Shown here piece by piece: positions 12,057 through 26,316 of a stretch of 64,000 bases of DNA. How positions within the stretch are numbered: position 1 is the first letter of the stretch; each line of letters opens with the position of its first letter. Both the position numbers and the translations under genes were made by a program. The notes under the pieces were generated by a model. That model ran no database searches, was not told the origin of the DNA, and worked only from the letters and a program-made list of their open reading frames with translations. The stretch is from Rhynchobatus australiae (taxonomy: Eukaryota). The stretch covers positions 69,655,974-69,719,973 of the forward strand of contig JAUZTB010000118.1 of NCBI GenBank assembly GCA_034780895.1, written 5' to 3'.

Positions 12057-13989
12057 TCTCTAATCTTTAACATGTCATAAGTGTGTTGAAGATTCCAACC
12101 ATGTCTCCATCACTAGAATCCAATGGGCAAGAGCAAACATTGCAAAATATTTGTTCCACACCACATTCCTGGTACCCATCCAATTCAGAGCAGGCTCTCT
12201 GGCCTGGTCCCAAATGTTCAGTTTGCATGGATGGATAAGCTTCAGTCTCAAAGTATGAATTGCCCATCCACCCCCTCCTTTCACTCTAATGATAGAAACT
12301 GGTCTCACAGCTGTGTCATCAGCAGTATAATTTGTTGTCATTTCTCTTGAACTGGCAACAATCTTGTTCAAAATGTACAACAGCACCTGGAAACCCACAC
12401 ACAAAAAAAACATTCTGCACAACGTTGAAGGGCACGTTGAAGGAAGTATTGTTTACAGACACAGCATTCAAATTGTCCAGAACAGCTAAGGTTATAATAC
12501 CAGTCACTTGAGCATCAATAATGGTAGATTGTAACAATGAGACTTCGCCTTTGGGATTTTTGAGAAAAAAAAGATTAAAGTGAGAGCATTGTAGCAGTAG
12601 TTTGACAATTGCAAAATGCTCAGCAGCAATTCAGAATACAAATTAATGTTTACATAGTAAGTAAGCTACTGATTTATGGCAGTGTAAGCTAAGTGCAACC
12701 AATTAGAAAATGCAAAATTGCACAGGTGACACAATGCATAAGAAAATTTACAGCAAGAAATTGTGTGAGCAACATCTAGTGGGAAATACATCACTGCAGT
12801 TCAGCTTCCACATTGCCATTGAAATACCACTCCACCCCAATTCGTAAATAAAATCGAAAAACAGTGATACAAGTCTAAAGTGGTTAACATGGCCATAAAG
12901 TCTAGCTTATAATGTATTTTTAGAATTTACATTTCATTTATATTTTCCTTGCATATCATTCGCAATCTTAGTAACTGTCCACCTGACAAAGCAAAATGAT
13001 CCCTCAGAACACACCAGCCCAACATTTCACAAAATGCCAAGCAACAGCAAATTAATCGCTTCAGCTTCTAGCTACCCATTAACACGGGTCACTAATTAAT
13101 TAGGATGCAGAAATAATGGCAGACTTACAGCACACTAGGTGATTTTTTTTCCACTCACACAAAGTTCAAATCACAACTCTTAAAGGATTTTGCTTTGATT
13201 TAGTGAGTTGCTTTTCTCCCTCCCTTCCCCCCTCCTCTCGCCACCATTCTGCCCACAGTGGTTGTAAAACTACTCTACCAACAACTGGTGCCCAATAGCT
13301 GGAAGCAGTTTGCCTTGTCAAATTTCTGACAGTCTGCCACTGCCCATCCCCCATCCTTTGTCTGCTTAAGGCACTTATTGTGCTCAGCAGAGAGTTGCCT
13401 TGCCATTAAGAATGCATTTTACCTCCTGTTTTGACTAAGGGGTGGAGGACAAGGCAGTTTAACTGAAATAAGAAACTGCTACTTCATTCCTGGCCTACAG
13501 CATCTAATTCTTTTTCCTGATACCCCTAACCAACATTTGGCTAACAAATTGCACCTTCTCTCTATAAACAAATGATTTGTTCTACATTTAAACCATTCAT
13601 ACATTTTTCTTCTGTTGGCTGCAAGCCAAACAGCAAGCTTGCTGTCTCTATCAATATTAAGTGTGGTTAAAAAAGTAATAACTGGATTTCAGCTATATAT
13701 GACAACAAAGCGGTAAGGACAGCATCAACAGAATAAGGCTGCCAAGGTAATGACTACAATTGCGTTGATTTTTTAATGCATCATCCTCCAAACATTTTTT
13801 GACCAAGACTTTCATTCCTTAACGATATCATTTCAAGTGAGCAAAGGTACAGACATCCAAAGCACCCAGCTTTCTAAATATATGTATATGGTTATCAGCA
13901 AAAATGTTCAACACTCTCAGATAACTAATATGCAGGAGTCAAGCTCACATTTTCATTTAGAGGCACAGTACACACAACTTCACTGCATG

Positions 13990-15060
13990 TTAACTTCAAG
14001 AGGAATGCAGGGAGCAGTATCAACCACGATATATGGCCTCTCAAAAGGTTTTGACTCCAGTAAGTTAAGAGGGACTATGAGCATTCTTAAACACATTCTT
14101 CATCTCAAGTCTGCTCCATGACAGCATGCAAGCCATGGCCTTAAACCGTTGGGTCTACAACAGGCTCAGCCTTAGAGAAAACTGGTGTCAAGCAAGGCTG
14201 CAACATTAACATCAAACATTTTTGCTGCACTCTGCCCCCAAAAGGTCAAATGGAAACCTTAAGTTGCCTCCAGGACCATGGTCACCCCAACTTCAATCAT
14301 CGAACTGCAATATACAAAAAAATGGCTATTTATAAGATATCTTTATTAGTCACATGTACATCGAAACACACAGTGAAATGCATTTTTTGCATAGAGTGTT
14401 CTGGGGACAGCCCGCAAATGTCACCATGCTTCTGGCGCCAATAAAACATGCCCACAACTTCCTAACCTGTACGTCTTTGGAATGCGGGAGGAAATCAGAG
14501 CACCTGGAGGAAACCCACGCAGACACGGGGAGAACGTACAAACTCCTGACAGACAGTGGCCGGAATTGAACCCAGGTCGCTGGCTCTGTAATAGCGTTAC
14601 GCGTACCGCCACACTACCGTGGTGAGACACAGTATGTGCATGTCTGGAGTCCTTGCTCCAAGCTTTCACCAACTCATTCCCTGAAGCATGCAAGAGAATG
14701 GGCCTTACACTAAACAACCATACATTAGAGACCTCCAGCTTCCTACTTTCCCCAACTGCAGACATTCTATTCCAAAATCTTTTCACAGCAAGGGATTACC
14801 AAGTGAACAGGGGAAACAATTCATGGATGTTCTCAAATCTTCCTTGTAAAGTGCAACAATTTGACCAGCTCAAAGGAGGCACAGTCAGGATGGCTTCAGA
14901 AGCCTCATGCGAAGGGCAGAAAGAACGCACAACCTCCTAATCTACCCACCCACCCATACCATTATCTTCCGCAATGCCCTTGTAAACCAACTCAGAACCC
15001 ATGGAACAAATGTGGAAGCAAATCGTCCTCGTGTGATTGTCTTAAAACGTTTCATCCTTA
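13990..15060 (+). mobile_element. RTE-clade LINE RT relic split by a V-SINE
   Basis: LSKGFDS (DL.KAFD-like), TGVKQGC at 14181-14201, LQAFTNSFPEACKRMGLTLN after the SINE. Confidence 0.65.
14332..14621 (-). mobile_element. Full-length tRNA-derived V-SINE with Rex-Babar-type tail, inserted into an RTE relic
   Basis: tRNA-like head with A-box-like TAGTGTGGCGG and B box GGTTCAATTCC (14572..14562), V-domain, tail TTTCACTGTGTGTTTCGATGTACATGTGACTAATAAAG. Confidence 0.88.
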
Positions 15061-16162
15061 ATTCTCTATTCCATGGGACACCCAGATTACCTACTACTGC
15101 CCAATAGTGTGTCTCCCTTAAAGCCTAAATCCCATGCAGATTTGGCCAATTCAGCTCACACCTAATTAAATGTCCACCCTCCACCTAAGGCCTATCTCGG
15201 TCCACAGTACAATGTTATGCAAGTGATATCAAAGGAACATTGTGTTCCCTTTGATCCCAATAGGAACTTTTGGCTCCAACGATTCCAAACTTTGATATGT
15301 TATTTGGTCAGAAGAGCTGCATCAACAGTCTAGATGTGCACACTCCATGCTACTGAAGCACAACACTAAACTCTTAGGATAGAACTCAGAGGATAGAAAT
15401 GTATACTTAGCAATAAAGTTTCCAAGCCAGTGCCTCTACATTTGAACTCCTTCTACGTACACCTCCTGCCACCCTGAGGTGCATTGTGCATTATGACGCC
15501 CTGGACCTTTGAATATTTGTACAACTGCAGGACTTGAAAACAGCAAAGCCAATGGCAGTAAAGGAAATGGTTTTGCGAAGAAGACAACTGACAGCTTTAA
15601 AGAGCCAGAGGCAATTTAAATGCTTTGGGATTGGAATTAAAAATGCTACACTAATCACACATGACTTCTCTCATTACGGACCAATAATAACTATGTTTTG
15701 TTTGGATATTTTTAAAAAGGAATATATCAGTCATTTACCTCCTGATGATCATTCATTGTCCAGTCTCCAATTTTCAAAGTGCAACCTCAACCTTGGAACA
15801 TAACTAGCGTAAAAAAGTCTTTAATTTTATCAAAATTGGCGCCCTTGGCTTTTAAAGACGACTAGTATTTTACCTCTGAAGTTATATTAGTACAGGAACT
15901 TCCAGGGTCAATATTTTGTACTGCACACCAATTGCGCTTTCAATTTTTAGCAGGAGACGGTGCAACATTCAGGATTCTCATCTTTGATGTTTTAGTTCTT
16001 TCAAATTAGGAGTGGAGCACAGATGCTGCAGGGAAAAGGTGGAGAGCATGTTGTCAAGGGTGAAGCAGAACTCCACTACAAAGATACAATGGCTGATTTT
16101 CCATCAGGAAGAACAAGCTTTAATTTTGCTTCTGAAAATCAAAAAAAAACTTTCTGTATTTA

Positions 16163-16312
16163 AAAACAGAAAACGCTGGAAATATTCAGCAGGTCAGGCC
16201 ACATCTGTGGGAAGAGAATAAGAGTCAATATTTCAGGTCGGGGACCCTTCCATCAGAACACTCTGATGCGCCTGACCTAATGAGTATTTCTATCATTTTC
16301 TGCTTTTGTTTT
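16163..16312. mobile_element. PLE terminal repeat in fold-back arrangement
   Basis: Left arm GCTGGAAATATTCAGCAGGTCAGG...CATCAGAAC (minus orientation); right arm GATGCGCCTGACCTAATGAGTATTTC (plus orientation). Confidence 0.7.
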
Positions 16313-19300
16313 AATTCCAATTATGTTTGACCATTGATAATCCTCAAACAGCTGCCCTAGTTTCTCAGTCAGTCAAGTATCTGCACACTATTATTTCATG
16401 GAAGACTGAAACAGAAAATAGGATTTATTTCTATTACTACATGAGCTCACTAGAACTGTTTTTTTAAGCAAAACTATATCTTGGTCTTCTTAATATCATC
16501 CGAAACAATGGATATTAATAAAGACGATTAGAATTTTCTCCAGGATTTTGCTGTCTAGCATACAGTTACTTTATTCAGTGCCAAGTGGAACTGTTTCCTT
16601 TGCCCATTAGTAATCAAACTTTAAAACAGGAGACTGATTAGCAAAAGATCAAGGGTGCAAAGATAAAAACTGAATAGGCCTTTCAAAACACTTCTGACAT
16701 TGCTCTACAAAGGCAAGATTGTCCAAAAGCTCGGAGTGCAGGACAAAGAAGGAATTTACATTAGAAATCAAGACAGGAGGCCGGAGTTGTTTATTTAAAA
16801 TGAATGTATGAAGACTATTAATCTAAGTAGGGTTGCTATCAGGATTAAAAATACACCGACATTCCCCAAGTTACGAAGACAGAAAGCCAGGAAAGAATGC
16901 TAATGTCAGCAAGGAAGGTTCTTACAGAGGAAACAGATTGTGTAGGATAATATAGCAACGGTGTAATGGAAACAGCTGCTTGTTTTATACTCCAGTGTCT
17001 GGCATCTGCTACAGCATCATGGGAAAGGTTGGTTTAGGATTTCGACAACAAATATAAATTCAGACAACTAACCAAACAGCAGGATGCAGAATGTGCACAA
17101 AGAGCAAGATGATCTCTTTAGAAACATGGTGAAAGAATGAGAAAACAAATTCTAGCAGTGCTGGGTTCTGATGCAGTAATTGGGAAATGCTACTGGAAGG
17201 CTGTGGATTGTAATGAGATGCTCTGTCGGGTCTGGGTATTGTGGAGGGGCAGTGACTAGCAATAATAACCACAATTAAAAAAATACAGTGCAATGTGGAG
17301 AGACTTAACTGCTACATCATTGGTACATCACTTCACCCACTGCCTGCCTTTACCCTGAAAGCAGTAGCCTACGTAAGGATTTGATGAAATGCTTCACCTG
17401 TCAATGCAAATCCACTTAGTCAATATTCAGTGCTAAGTGCGCCATATGTGAAAGCTTCAGGAGAAGGTTGAAAAAAATGAAATACACCCCTTAATAAAGC
17501 TAAACCAGTGCAAGCCCATCTGCTTCAATTAGAGGAGTCAAATTAGAAAAATTACAGCTATCAAGATGTTTACAAGGCAAACCTGTTATCTTTGAAGAAA
17601 CACTTCCCTTTACACCACAATGCAGACAAGAAAGGCACTACCCAACATCTTACAGCAATATTTTATTCTAAATCAGCCTATCCTAATGTTGTTTCATATA
17701 AAAGGGTTTAATTGCTTGAAAAGGGTAGTTTACAAAGAACAAATCGTTGAGGAAAAAGAGAGCTATTCAATGGTGGAAGAGAGTTAATTTATATTTAATA
17801 CTCTTAGGAAATTAAGCAGAGTTCTTGACCATACCTCCATATGTAGCAAGGTTTAACATGCGCTCGTGAAACCGTTAAGCAGACATGGAAATGGCAGGAA
17901 GAAGACAAAGGGTAGTAAAGATTCAAATGTCTGGTTACTAAGGGGCCATTAAGCACCCCATTCCTTACTGAAGAAGCAAATTAAGAATGCCAAGAAGGTA
18001 TTATTTTTATTTGCACATTAGCATAATGCAATGATAAACTGAATACCTGCGTGAAATATATTCTCTACCTTCTGTTTCTAATGACTAACGTGGCTTCCTT
18101 ACAAATTTTATTACTTTTATTATAGGTTTTTGGCAGAGAATAGAAAGATTCTATTCTAAATCAGCATTTAAAATTAGTCCAGTGCCAGAAAAAGAGCACA
18201 ATTTAGTCAAAACAAATAGACATGATTTAGTTAAAAATAGATATAATTCACATCTCCCACTCAACATCCAAATGAAACAGCAATCCTGACATGTGACCCT
18301 GGAGAAATGCATCACCCCTCCCTTCACGAATTTGCTTTCAACTCTCAAAAATGATACAAACAGTCCTATTGTCAGCCAATCCACGTTTAATCCATGCATT
18401 AATGTCTGAATAGTTTTACAACCCTTCATTCAAATGCAAAGGCTTTGTTCAACTTGCCAAGACCATTTAGTTTGGATTAAAGGGAAAAAAGCAACAGACA
18501 CACTGTACTAAAAACCATCACAGGCACAAAGCAGCCTTTGGTATTACTGCTGTCCTTCTCCTTTAATACCCTTTAGTGGCAAATTATCACTTGGCCTGAT
18601 CTTCTGTTCCTCACTAACAAAGGTTATCCAATTTGAAGATCTCGTCCCAGTTAATGTTCCAAGCTGCTGAATTAAAATGCTGGTTCAAGCATCTATTTAA
18701 CCTACTGAATACGTTTTTTGGGCACATTTTTCACAATGCTTAATTTGAGGTTTCTTTAAAAATAGAATTCATGCATTTCAGCTGGTCAAAAGCACACATG
18801 CACAGTGCTTCATTCTAGTGTTTTCATCCCCTACACAAAGTCCCACTGTAGAAGAAAGGCTGATTTAAAAACGAAGCTAACCACAGCATTCTAAAGACCT
18901 CTAGCAATTCCATCATGTTTTTGGGAAATATAGAACTTGTCCATTGACAAAATGAAACATCATAAATCATGTATTATGTTAACTTAATACAGTTAAATGA
19001 TAGTGAACAGTTAGCTTTGACATTTTAATAGATTACCATTCCTGTACTTGAAAACTTGACAGCTTTTATTTTACTTACGGAGTCAAGCTCTGTACTGACA
19101 GATACTCTCAGCCTTTGGCTTTCTATAGGGATTGGAAAATTCGTGTTTGACAGGGTTTATCTAAACTCAAGGACAAGCTTTATGCTTAGCTGGCTACAAG
19201 GTTTGATTACACAGATGAATTTCCTATCTCACTTCATTTCAGATCTTGTGTTCAACTAAAACTGCAATTTCTTCCATCAGGGTCATCTTCTGCAACATAC

Positions 19301-20139
19301 AAGTTACAGCTTCCACTGATGGTAAATATACACACAGCATGGAAATAGACACAAGTTGGTCACTAAGTGTAAATCACGTAAAGATCCAGAAACCAAAAAA
19401 TGCTTTATAAAAGAACACAGGAAATTCCAAACCTTGCAGATCAAAAAATTCCAAAGGGTGTAACTCTAGTTATTGTATTGAGAGTGGGTGGCAACTGAGG
19501 TTCTTCAACAGAATTATTTTTGCAATCTGATGAAAACAAAAGGGTGAGGTGACTGACTTGCAATCTCCTTTTCAAACTGGTCCAACGTACAGGAAAATGT
19601 GGCTTACTAATCTTTCCGAAAATGATCTACAATAAATTGGAATTAAGAATGTCATTGCTGTGGTTTGACATCCATATGAAAACACACCATTATGCTTCTA
19701 ATTATCTTGACCCACATGGGAAAAGCAGGAATGCATTATGTCTTAATGATCACAACTAGAGGTCCTGGCTTTTCTTTTGCAAGGAACAGGGAAGATCCTC
19801 CCTGCAGCTTCACTATTAACATGTCTGTTTCCTGTCAGCCCACTCAGAGATAATGTCATTTATCTCCAAGCGGCACAAGACCAGTCATTAGCCTCAATAA
19901 AAAGACCTCGAACAAAGAACAATGATTGCTATCCGTTGCTCAGGGTCTACAGCCAAAAAACTAATTTCATTGAGGGAAGGGGGTGTGGAGATGCTGAACT
20001 GAAGTACTATTTATACACGCACCAACCAGAAGCAAGATTTGCCTAACGTATGATTAGTATAGATGATTTAGGTAACCACATTAAAAACCAGCCTTAAACA
20101 CTTTACTAGTCAATAGAATTTAGTTTTAGACAGGAAGAG

Positions 20140-20250
20140 AAAATGCAGGAGAGACTCAGCGGGTCAGTCAGCACTGCTGGAGAAAACAGAACAGTCAGCA
20201 TTCTGATGAGGAGTGCAAACACAAAATATTAATCTGTCACTTCTACAAAG
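20140..20250. mobile_element. Degenerate PLE terminal repeat, inverted arrangement
   Basis: ACTCAGCGGGTCAG... (minus orientation) followed by TTCTGATGAGG...AAATATTAATCTG (plus orientation). Confidence 0.5.
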
Positions 20251-20984
20251 CATCTCCAATCTTGTTCCTTTTCAGTTTAATTGTAGTATTATTTTTGATA
20301 AATTCTTTTTTTTTGACAAAGATGGATAGATTTTTTTGTTGGTGATGGTCTGATGGGATGTAAAATGAAGGTGGATAAATGTAAATGGAGTTGAAGTACT
20401 GTAATGTATTTGAATGGAAAAACACATTTGAGGAGCCAAATGGCTTTCTCCAATTTGGATGTTTTAACAAATCTGGGAATAATTCACTGAATAAGTGATC
20501 TGCACTTAAGATTTTGCCAATGTAAATGATGGTTTATCACTAGGTAAAAGCCTTCTGCAGCACAATATTCCCATAACAAATCTCCGCAAGAAGTCTAACT
20601 GTTTCTGCATCTCCTAATTGCTGTTGTGTACTTTGGAATGAAAACACGCTCTCTCTCTCTTTCACACCCACACACACACAAAGCACTAGATGTAATCACA
20701 TTAATCCTCCCTTTCCCATTTTAATTTTATACAAAGAATTTCTTTTCCAAGGCCAACAGTTCTACATTTGCAGTATTTTCATTCCAATAGTTCATAAAGT
20801 CTATCATGTTTAAAGAATACACATTCATCTTGTCTTGCAGGTTACCTGTATGATTTACTTACTCATACATGTGTTTCAAAAATCTTTCAGCCACAATTTT
20901 GATTAATGAAATAACTTGAATTTGTATATTATTTAACTACTTCAGGATGTCCTAAAGGGCTCCAGAGCCAAGAGCACATTTTAA

Positions 20985-21640
20985 ATAAACAATTCCCAGG
21001 GGTTATTGTTGACCAGAAACTCAACAGAACAGGCCACATAAGTTCCATGACCACAAGATCAGGTCAGAGGCTGGTTATCTTGCAAAAGTGACCCCCCTCT
21101 AAGTAGTCCAGGACCTTTCCACCATCTACAAGGGACAAAACAGGAGCGTGATGGAATCTCTCCCCTTACCTGAATGTGCACAGCATCAGTAACCTTCAAG
21201 AACCTCAACAGCATCCAGGTCAAAGAAGCTCAAGTAATTGAAATACCATCTAGCATTCTAAACATCATTCCCTTCACCACCAGTGAACAGTGCACAGTGG
21301 CTGCAGTGTGTAGCATGTAAACACTGCTGTTACATGCCAAGGCACCTGACAGCACCTCCTTTGCCTGTGACCTCTATCACCAAGGAAGACAAGGACAGTA
21401 AGGAACATCACCTGTCCAAGTCACACACCATCCTGACTTGGAAATATATCACCAGTGCTTCATCATTGTAATGGTGAAAATCCGGAACTCCCTTCTGAAC
21501 AGGACTGTGGACGACCTTCACCAAAAGGACCTCAGTGGGTCAAGAAGGCAGCTCACACATCTCTCAGGGGCAATCAGTCAGGCAATAAGTGCTGGCCTTG
21601 TTAGCAATGCCCAGATCTTGAAAATGAATTTTAAAAGCTA
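20985..21640 (+). mobile_element. CR1/L2-group LINE 3' fragment (degenerate)
   Basis: Degenerate GVIVDQKLN..GHI...TTRSGQRLVIL / LSTIYKGQNRSVME / FKNLNSIQVK motifs of the RT C-terminal region; tail GGCAATAAGTGCTGGCCTTG. Confidence 0.7.
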
Positions 21641-23511
21641 TTGTAGAAAAAATAAACATTAAGGCACGAATATTAAACATGTAAAATAGCTTTATGAAAG
21701 TTGTGGCAATAATTTGTGTTTGTCTTGATGTCCTTCTCAAGGTATGCCCATTAAAATAATTCAGAAAAGAATTTTAGTGGCCTTTAGAGCCATGTGTCCT
21801 TACAAATGAGATTAGGAATTCAGCTCATTAGTGGTAAAAATTCAATAGGAATTCTAGTCTCACAGATCTTGGGAGGTCACTACAAGTTCGTCCCGAAAGT
21901 TCTCAGCAGTCAAAGGGCACCAGCTCATTCGCTGACTTTGAAAGGGCTCTGGTCACACTATTCAAAGTTACAAAGCATTAAGTAGACTGAAGAGTTTTTT
22001 TGTTCTACAGGGACTCGTGCTAGTTTGTGCTACCATTCACCAGCCAAAACTCATCTAGCGGAGTTTTGAGTCAGCTTTTTAAACTGTTCACACTCGTACA
22101 AATCTGCCCTTTGTTTTCTTCTTTAATGACTGCTTACCACTTACAGTCTTTTACCACAGACTGTAACAGACAAGTAAGAGCAACATACAAAGAACAGGAA
22201 GGTATATGGATGTTTCCATTCAACTCGTCAGCAGGACCAAAAACAAGCACAAAAGACCCAGCAGAAAATGTGGTTCTGCCTGCAACTCATTTTCAGTACA
22301 ATTCCTTTCTATTTATTGGTCTGTTACGACTGAAAATAGTTGCTAGCATTAATGATCCATCAAATGGTTTGTAGACACAATTCTCAGCTGTGAAATTTAT
22401 CACTGCATCACTTTCAAAAGGTGACAAATTCTTCCCTGGGATATTAACAGGCCTTACGAGGACTCTCAGTCCTACATCAGCAGCATGGTTTCTGCAGTCT
22501 CCCAGTAAGATAACGAACAATCAATGGATAGGACAGCCAGTTGTACTCTATATTCTAGTCCTATAACATACCAGCAGTTTATAAGATAAATCATTGAACT
22601 CGGTTAGTGATTGGTTATATCATTAGCATCTCACTTCAAGCCAATCAAATACATAATTCTGTTTCATTTAGTGGACAAAAATCATAAAATCTTATTTGAT
22701 ACCAGTGACAGACTGGGTGCTAACAAGCCTTTATTAGGTAATCCTATATTGGAAGGATTTTGCAAACTCCTAGGAGTGGTTATTTGTCTTGCCAAGTCTA
22801 GATAAGTCAGACATGTTAGTAGCAGCTAAACCACAAAAATGGGTTACATAGAAATGCACAAACAACTCAAAATTATAGGCTGCATTTTACTCGAGCCATA
22901 CATGCAGGGAGTGGCAAGTTTTACAACATATTTGTGGTTCCCTGTATAAAAGACAGGGAAAAACAGAGTTGCAAAAATAATTAGTTTTAATAGGATCTAA
23001 TTTATCGAGTTTTACATGACTAACTGTAGCAAACAAATAGAATACCCAGGCCAAGAGTAAGTCTGCAAACACACTGCAGAGATTAAAGAATGACTACAAC
23101 TCTTGAGGATTTACCTTACACCTTTAGCATCCTGCTACTCAAACAAGTACAGCTGGACACATTTGTCTTCAACCTCATTTAAACCAGACAACTATATAAA
23201 TATTTCACAGCCTGTTTAACAGAAAGTGCCTTCACCTTTCAAATAAATAACAAGTACAAGACACTAGTGTATACATTAATACCATGGGTTCCATATCAGG
23301 TACCATTTCATTTCCTTCAAGCCATGTGCTGTGTATGCTGAAGGTTTAAATCTGAATGATCTCTGGAGCAGTCAACAGGAAAACAGGCTGTGCTAGAATG
23401 AATAGAGTCTGCTTGTCAATTATATCTAGGAAGAACCAAGACAAGCAAGCAGCAGTACCATAGTGGACATTTTTTGTATGACTCACTGATTATCAGCAGG
23501 CACAGCTTTTG

Positions 23512-23514
<3 letters not shown>

Positions 23515-23574
<60 letters not shown>
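23515..23574. repeat. (AC)30 microsatellite
   Basis: Perfect AC dinucleotide run. Confidence 0.98.
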
Positions 23575-23579
<5 letters not shown>

Positions 23580-25380
23580 CTTGATTGTTTTGAGAAATAG
23601 ACACATTGAAATAGTTTCCCCAGGAGACTATTTGAGGTATAAATAAGGAAGAAATAGGAGTAGTGAAGCCACACCAGTCTAATCTCTGTTGCCATGACAC
23701 CTGCCTCTAAGATTTGAAAGTGTACAGACTGCCTGCTAAACAAAACTGTTGAATCTGAACATTTGGCTGAGAGATTAAAAATAAGCTTAGGGGAGCAGGG
23801 AGCAATGCTTTTTTGCATTTCATACAGCCTGTGAATCCAATCAAATGGTCCTGAAACTTTAACCACAGCCATTGTGAAGAACAGATGAGAGCAAGTTATC
23901 TTGATACTTAAAGGAGATTAAAACGGTTCCCAATTTGCTTACTGTTGGAAACCAAGGTAAAACAATTTGATTGGAGAATTGTCAGACATGTCAAACAGTT
24001 AGCCAATCTTCTTAATTCCAAATCTGTTTAGATACCCTTCTCGTGACTAATAGACTATGAACATTAGCCTCTGCACCTTGCTGTTTAAATCTTTATTAGC
24101 ATCTCAATGTCTCCTTGAAACTGTTTCCCTGGCAATAAAATTAATCAAATAAAATACTGTCTTCCATGCCAACCAGTCTTGCTGCTGTCTAAAGTTTCCA
24201 ACAATAGTATCAGCAGAAATGCAAAGGTCATCACCTCAACAAGCTGGGAATTCACTTTACTCTATTATGCACTGAGACAAAATCCTCTCCAACTCGACTG
24301 ACCACTTCCATCACAGGGAATCAATTTATTGAGTTGAATGGGAAGGGAAAGGTTGAAAAGTAGATCACAAGGTGCTGGGCAAACTATATTAAAAGGAAGT
24401 AATTACTCTGAAAGGACTAAATTATTCAACTTTTCTTGACCAAAATTGAAGTAGAGCACAAAAGCTTCACTATGCACGACAACACAAAGCAGTTCTCAAC
24501 TCTTAACAGTGGTTTAAACGTTTTGTATATCTTATTAGAAATAAGGAACTGTTAGGATTTTGTTTTAGGAAAGGTACGGACATTGTTTCAAAACCAGCAT
24601 CAACAATAATCAGTCAGCTTCTTAAAATGGCACAATTCCTCTGACCTCATAATTATCCAACAAACAATAGATCCGAGCCTCCTGAGAAACTCCACAGTCT
24701 TTGGATAATTATCAACATACCAGAAGCCTGGTTACACACCAACAATGGAAGGCAAGGGCAAACTTCCCTTTCACACTGAATCTACAAAACAGATCATCGT
24801 GCCCACACTGATGTTAATAAAATACCAGGCACCATTCGGCCAACCCTGCATTCATAAAAGGCAAGACTGGTGCAGCCTTTATGAAGGCGTTTAGTGTGCT
24901 ATTTGATTACAAAGCACCTCCCCCACCCTTTAGGCAAACAGCAGTGATCACAATAACCTCATTTCTCTCCAGCTGCGGGTCTTACTCCATTGTTTGTGTG
25001 TATGATCATTACACCAGCCTGTTATTTCACACAAACAAGAGAAAATGTGGAATTTTCTCTCTTATTGGAGAGCTCCAAGGCCATGCTAGATACACCGATG
25101 CACAAAGTAATGGTCACAATTCGTGCTGTTAAGACAGTCGTCAACAGTTAAGAAATATAACCACAAACCCTTTCCATACCGTCGTCACCCGCAGGTTATT
25201 ACTGAGGTGCGTTCAAATTATAGCAGATATGCAAAAAGGCGAGCATTATCATTCCTCTCGCATTATTCATCCCGGTGCATCGCTCACATCCACACAAGTA
25301 GGCATGATTTTGTTGTTTTTATTATTATTTGCAAAGAATCCAACAACAAACAAGGCAGCAGAAAGTAAATAACGAGTTAC

Positions 25381-25799
25381 CTTTTCGGTTTTCAGTTTCT
25401 TGATGGGTCGAGCAGCGTCTCCGTCAGTCTCTGCATCCTCTTTCTTGGCCACGATAGGGCTGCTGAGGATCCCCGGCTCCAGAGTAGTTTTGATGTCCTG
25501 GACCCGGGGCGAGGGCTCTCCGGCGCCTCCGCCGCACTGCAGGGAGCTGCTGCCGCCCTTGGGGCCGAAATTAAAGAGGTGCGCGGCGGCTGAGCCCGCT
25601 ACCGACATGGGGGGCTGGCCCGGGATCGGGTGCACCCCCACATCGTGTTTAGTGCTATCCTTGCGAGACCTGCCACCCTCCTTATCCCGCTTAGAGCCTC
25701 CCCTGCCCGAGCCCTTGCCCGGTTTCTCTTCTTTGTTTTTAGTGCAATTGCCAATTGTGTTGTTGCAGTTATTGTTATTATTAATATTATTGCAACCAC

Positions 25800-25830
<31 letters not shown>

Positions 25831-26316
25831 AACTGTTTGACCCAGGGCTGAATTCATGCCAGAAACCTCTCCAGGGCGCCCTTGAACTTCCTGCCTCTTG
25901 CCAGCACTGCTAATTTCAGGAATCCCATACAGTGAGGCAGAGGAGAGAGATTTATTAGCATCCTTGGAAGTTTTGCTTCTTTTCACTTTGGATTTGCCAG
26001 TCTCCTTGTGGGAATTTCCTTGGGGAGGCTGGACGGAAGAGGAGGTGAATTTGAGGCTATCGGAAAGGGCTGCTGCTGCTGCACTAGCTCCACTTGGAGC
26101 CAATCCCCCGCAGTCCTTGGTGGTGTTGGTTGCAATGGTGTTGTTATTGCTGCTCGAATTATTCATTTCCAATTTCTGCCTGTCTTTCTCCAAATCGGCC
26201 TCCAAATCGATGATCAGATTTCCCACTCCAATTTCCCAGTCATCGCCACTGTCGTAAGTATCAACCGCGTTTGAATCAACACATTTACCAGTAGCAATGG
26301 AACTGTTCACTGACAT
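25381..26316 (-). CDS. ZNF608: Zinc finger protein 608, first coding exon (312 codons, phase-0 donor)
   Basis: Translation [51 protein letters not shown]...[23 protein letters not shown]...[21 protein letters not shown]...IKKLKTEK matches the vertebrate ZNF608 N-terminus (recognised from memory, closer than paralog ZNF609). Donor AAG|GTAACT at 25381/25380. Confidence 0.96.
25400..25720. other. CpG-island-like GC-rich segment inside the first coding exon
   Basis: Dense CpG (e.g. cggcgcctccgccgcac, gcgcggcggc) against a CpG-depleted background. Confidence 0.55.

Noticed and set aside
14560-14621. tRNA-like sequence with A and B boxes
   Set aside because: SINE head fused to a V-domain; not a tRNA gene.
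25267-25380. 37-aa extension of the 349-aa ORF ([16 protein letters not shown]...) with a hydrophobic stretch
   Set aside because: It is read-through into the intron past a canonical donor that joins in frame to the conserved next exon; there is no evidence for a retained-intron isoform.
25400-26274. Antisense ORFs of 146, 119, 88 and 73 aa
   Set aside because: Shadow frames of the GC-rich ZNF608 exon, with low complexity and no recognisable family.
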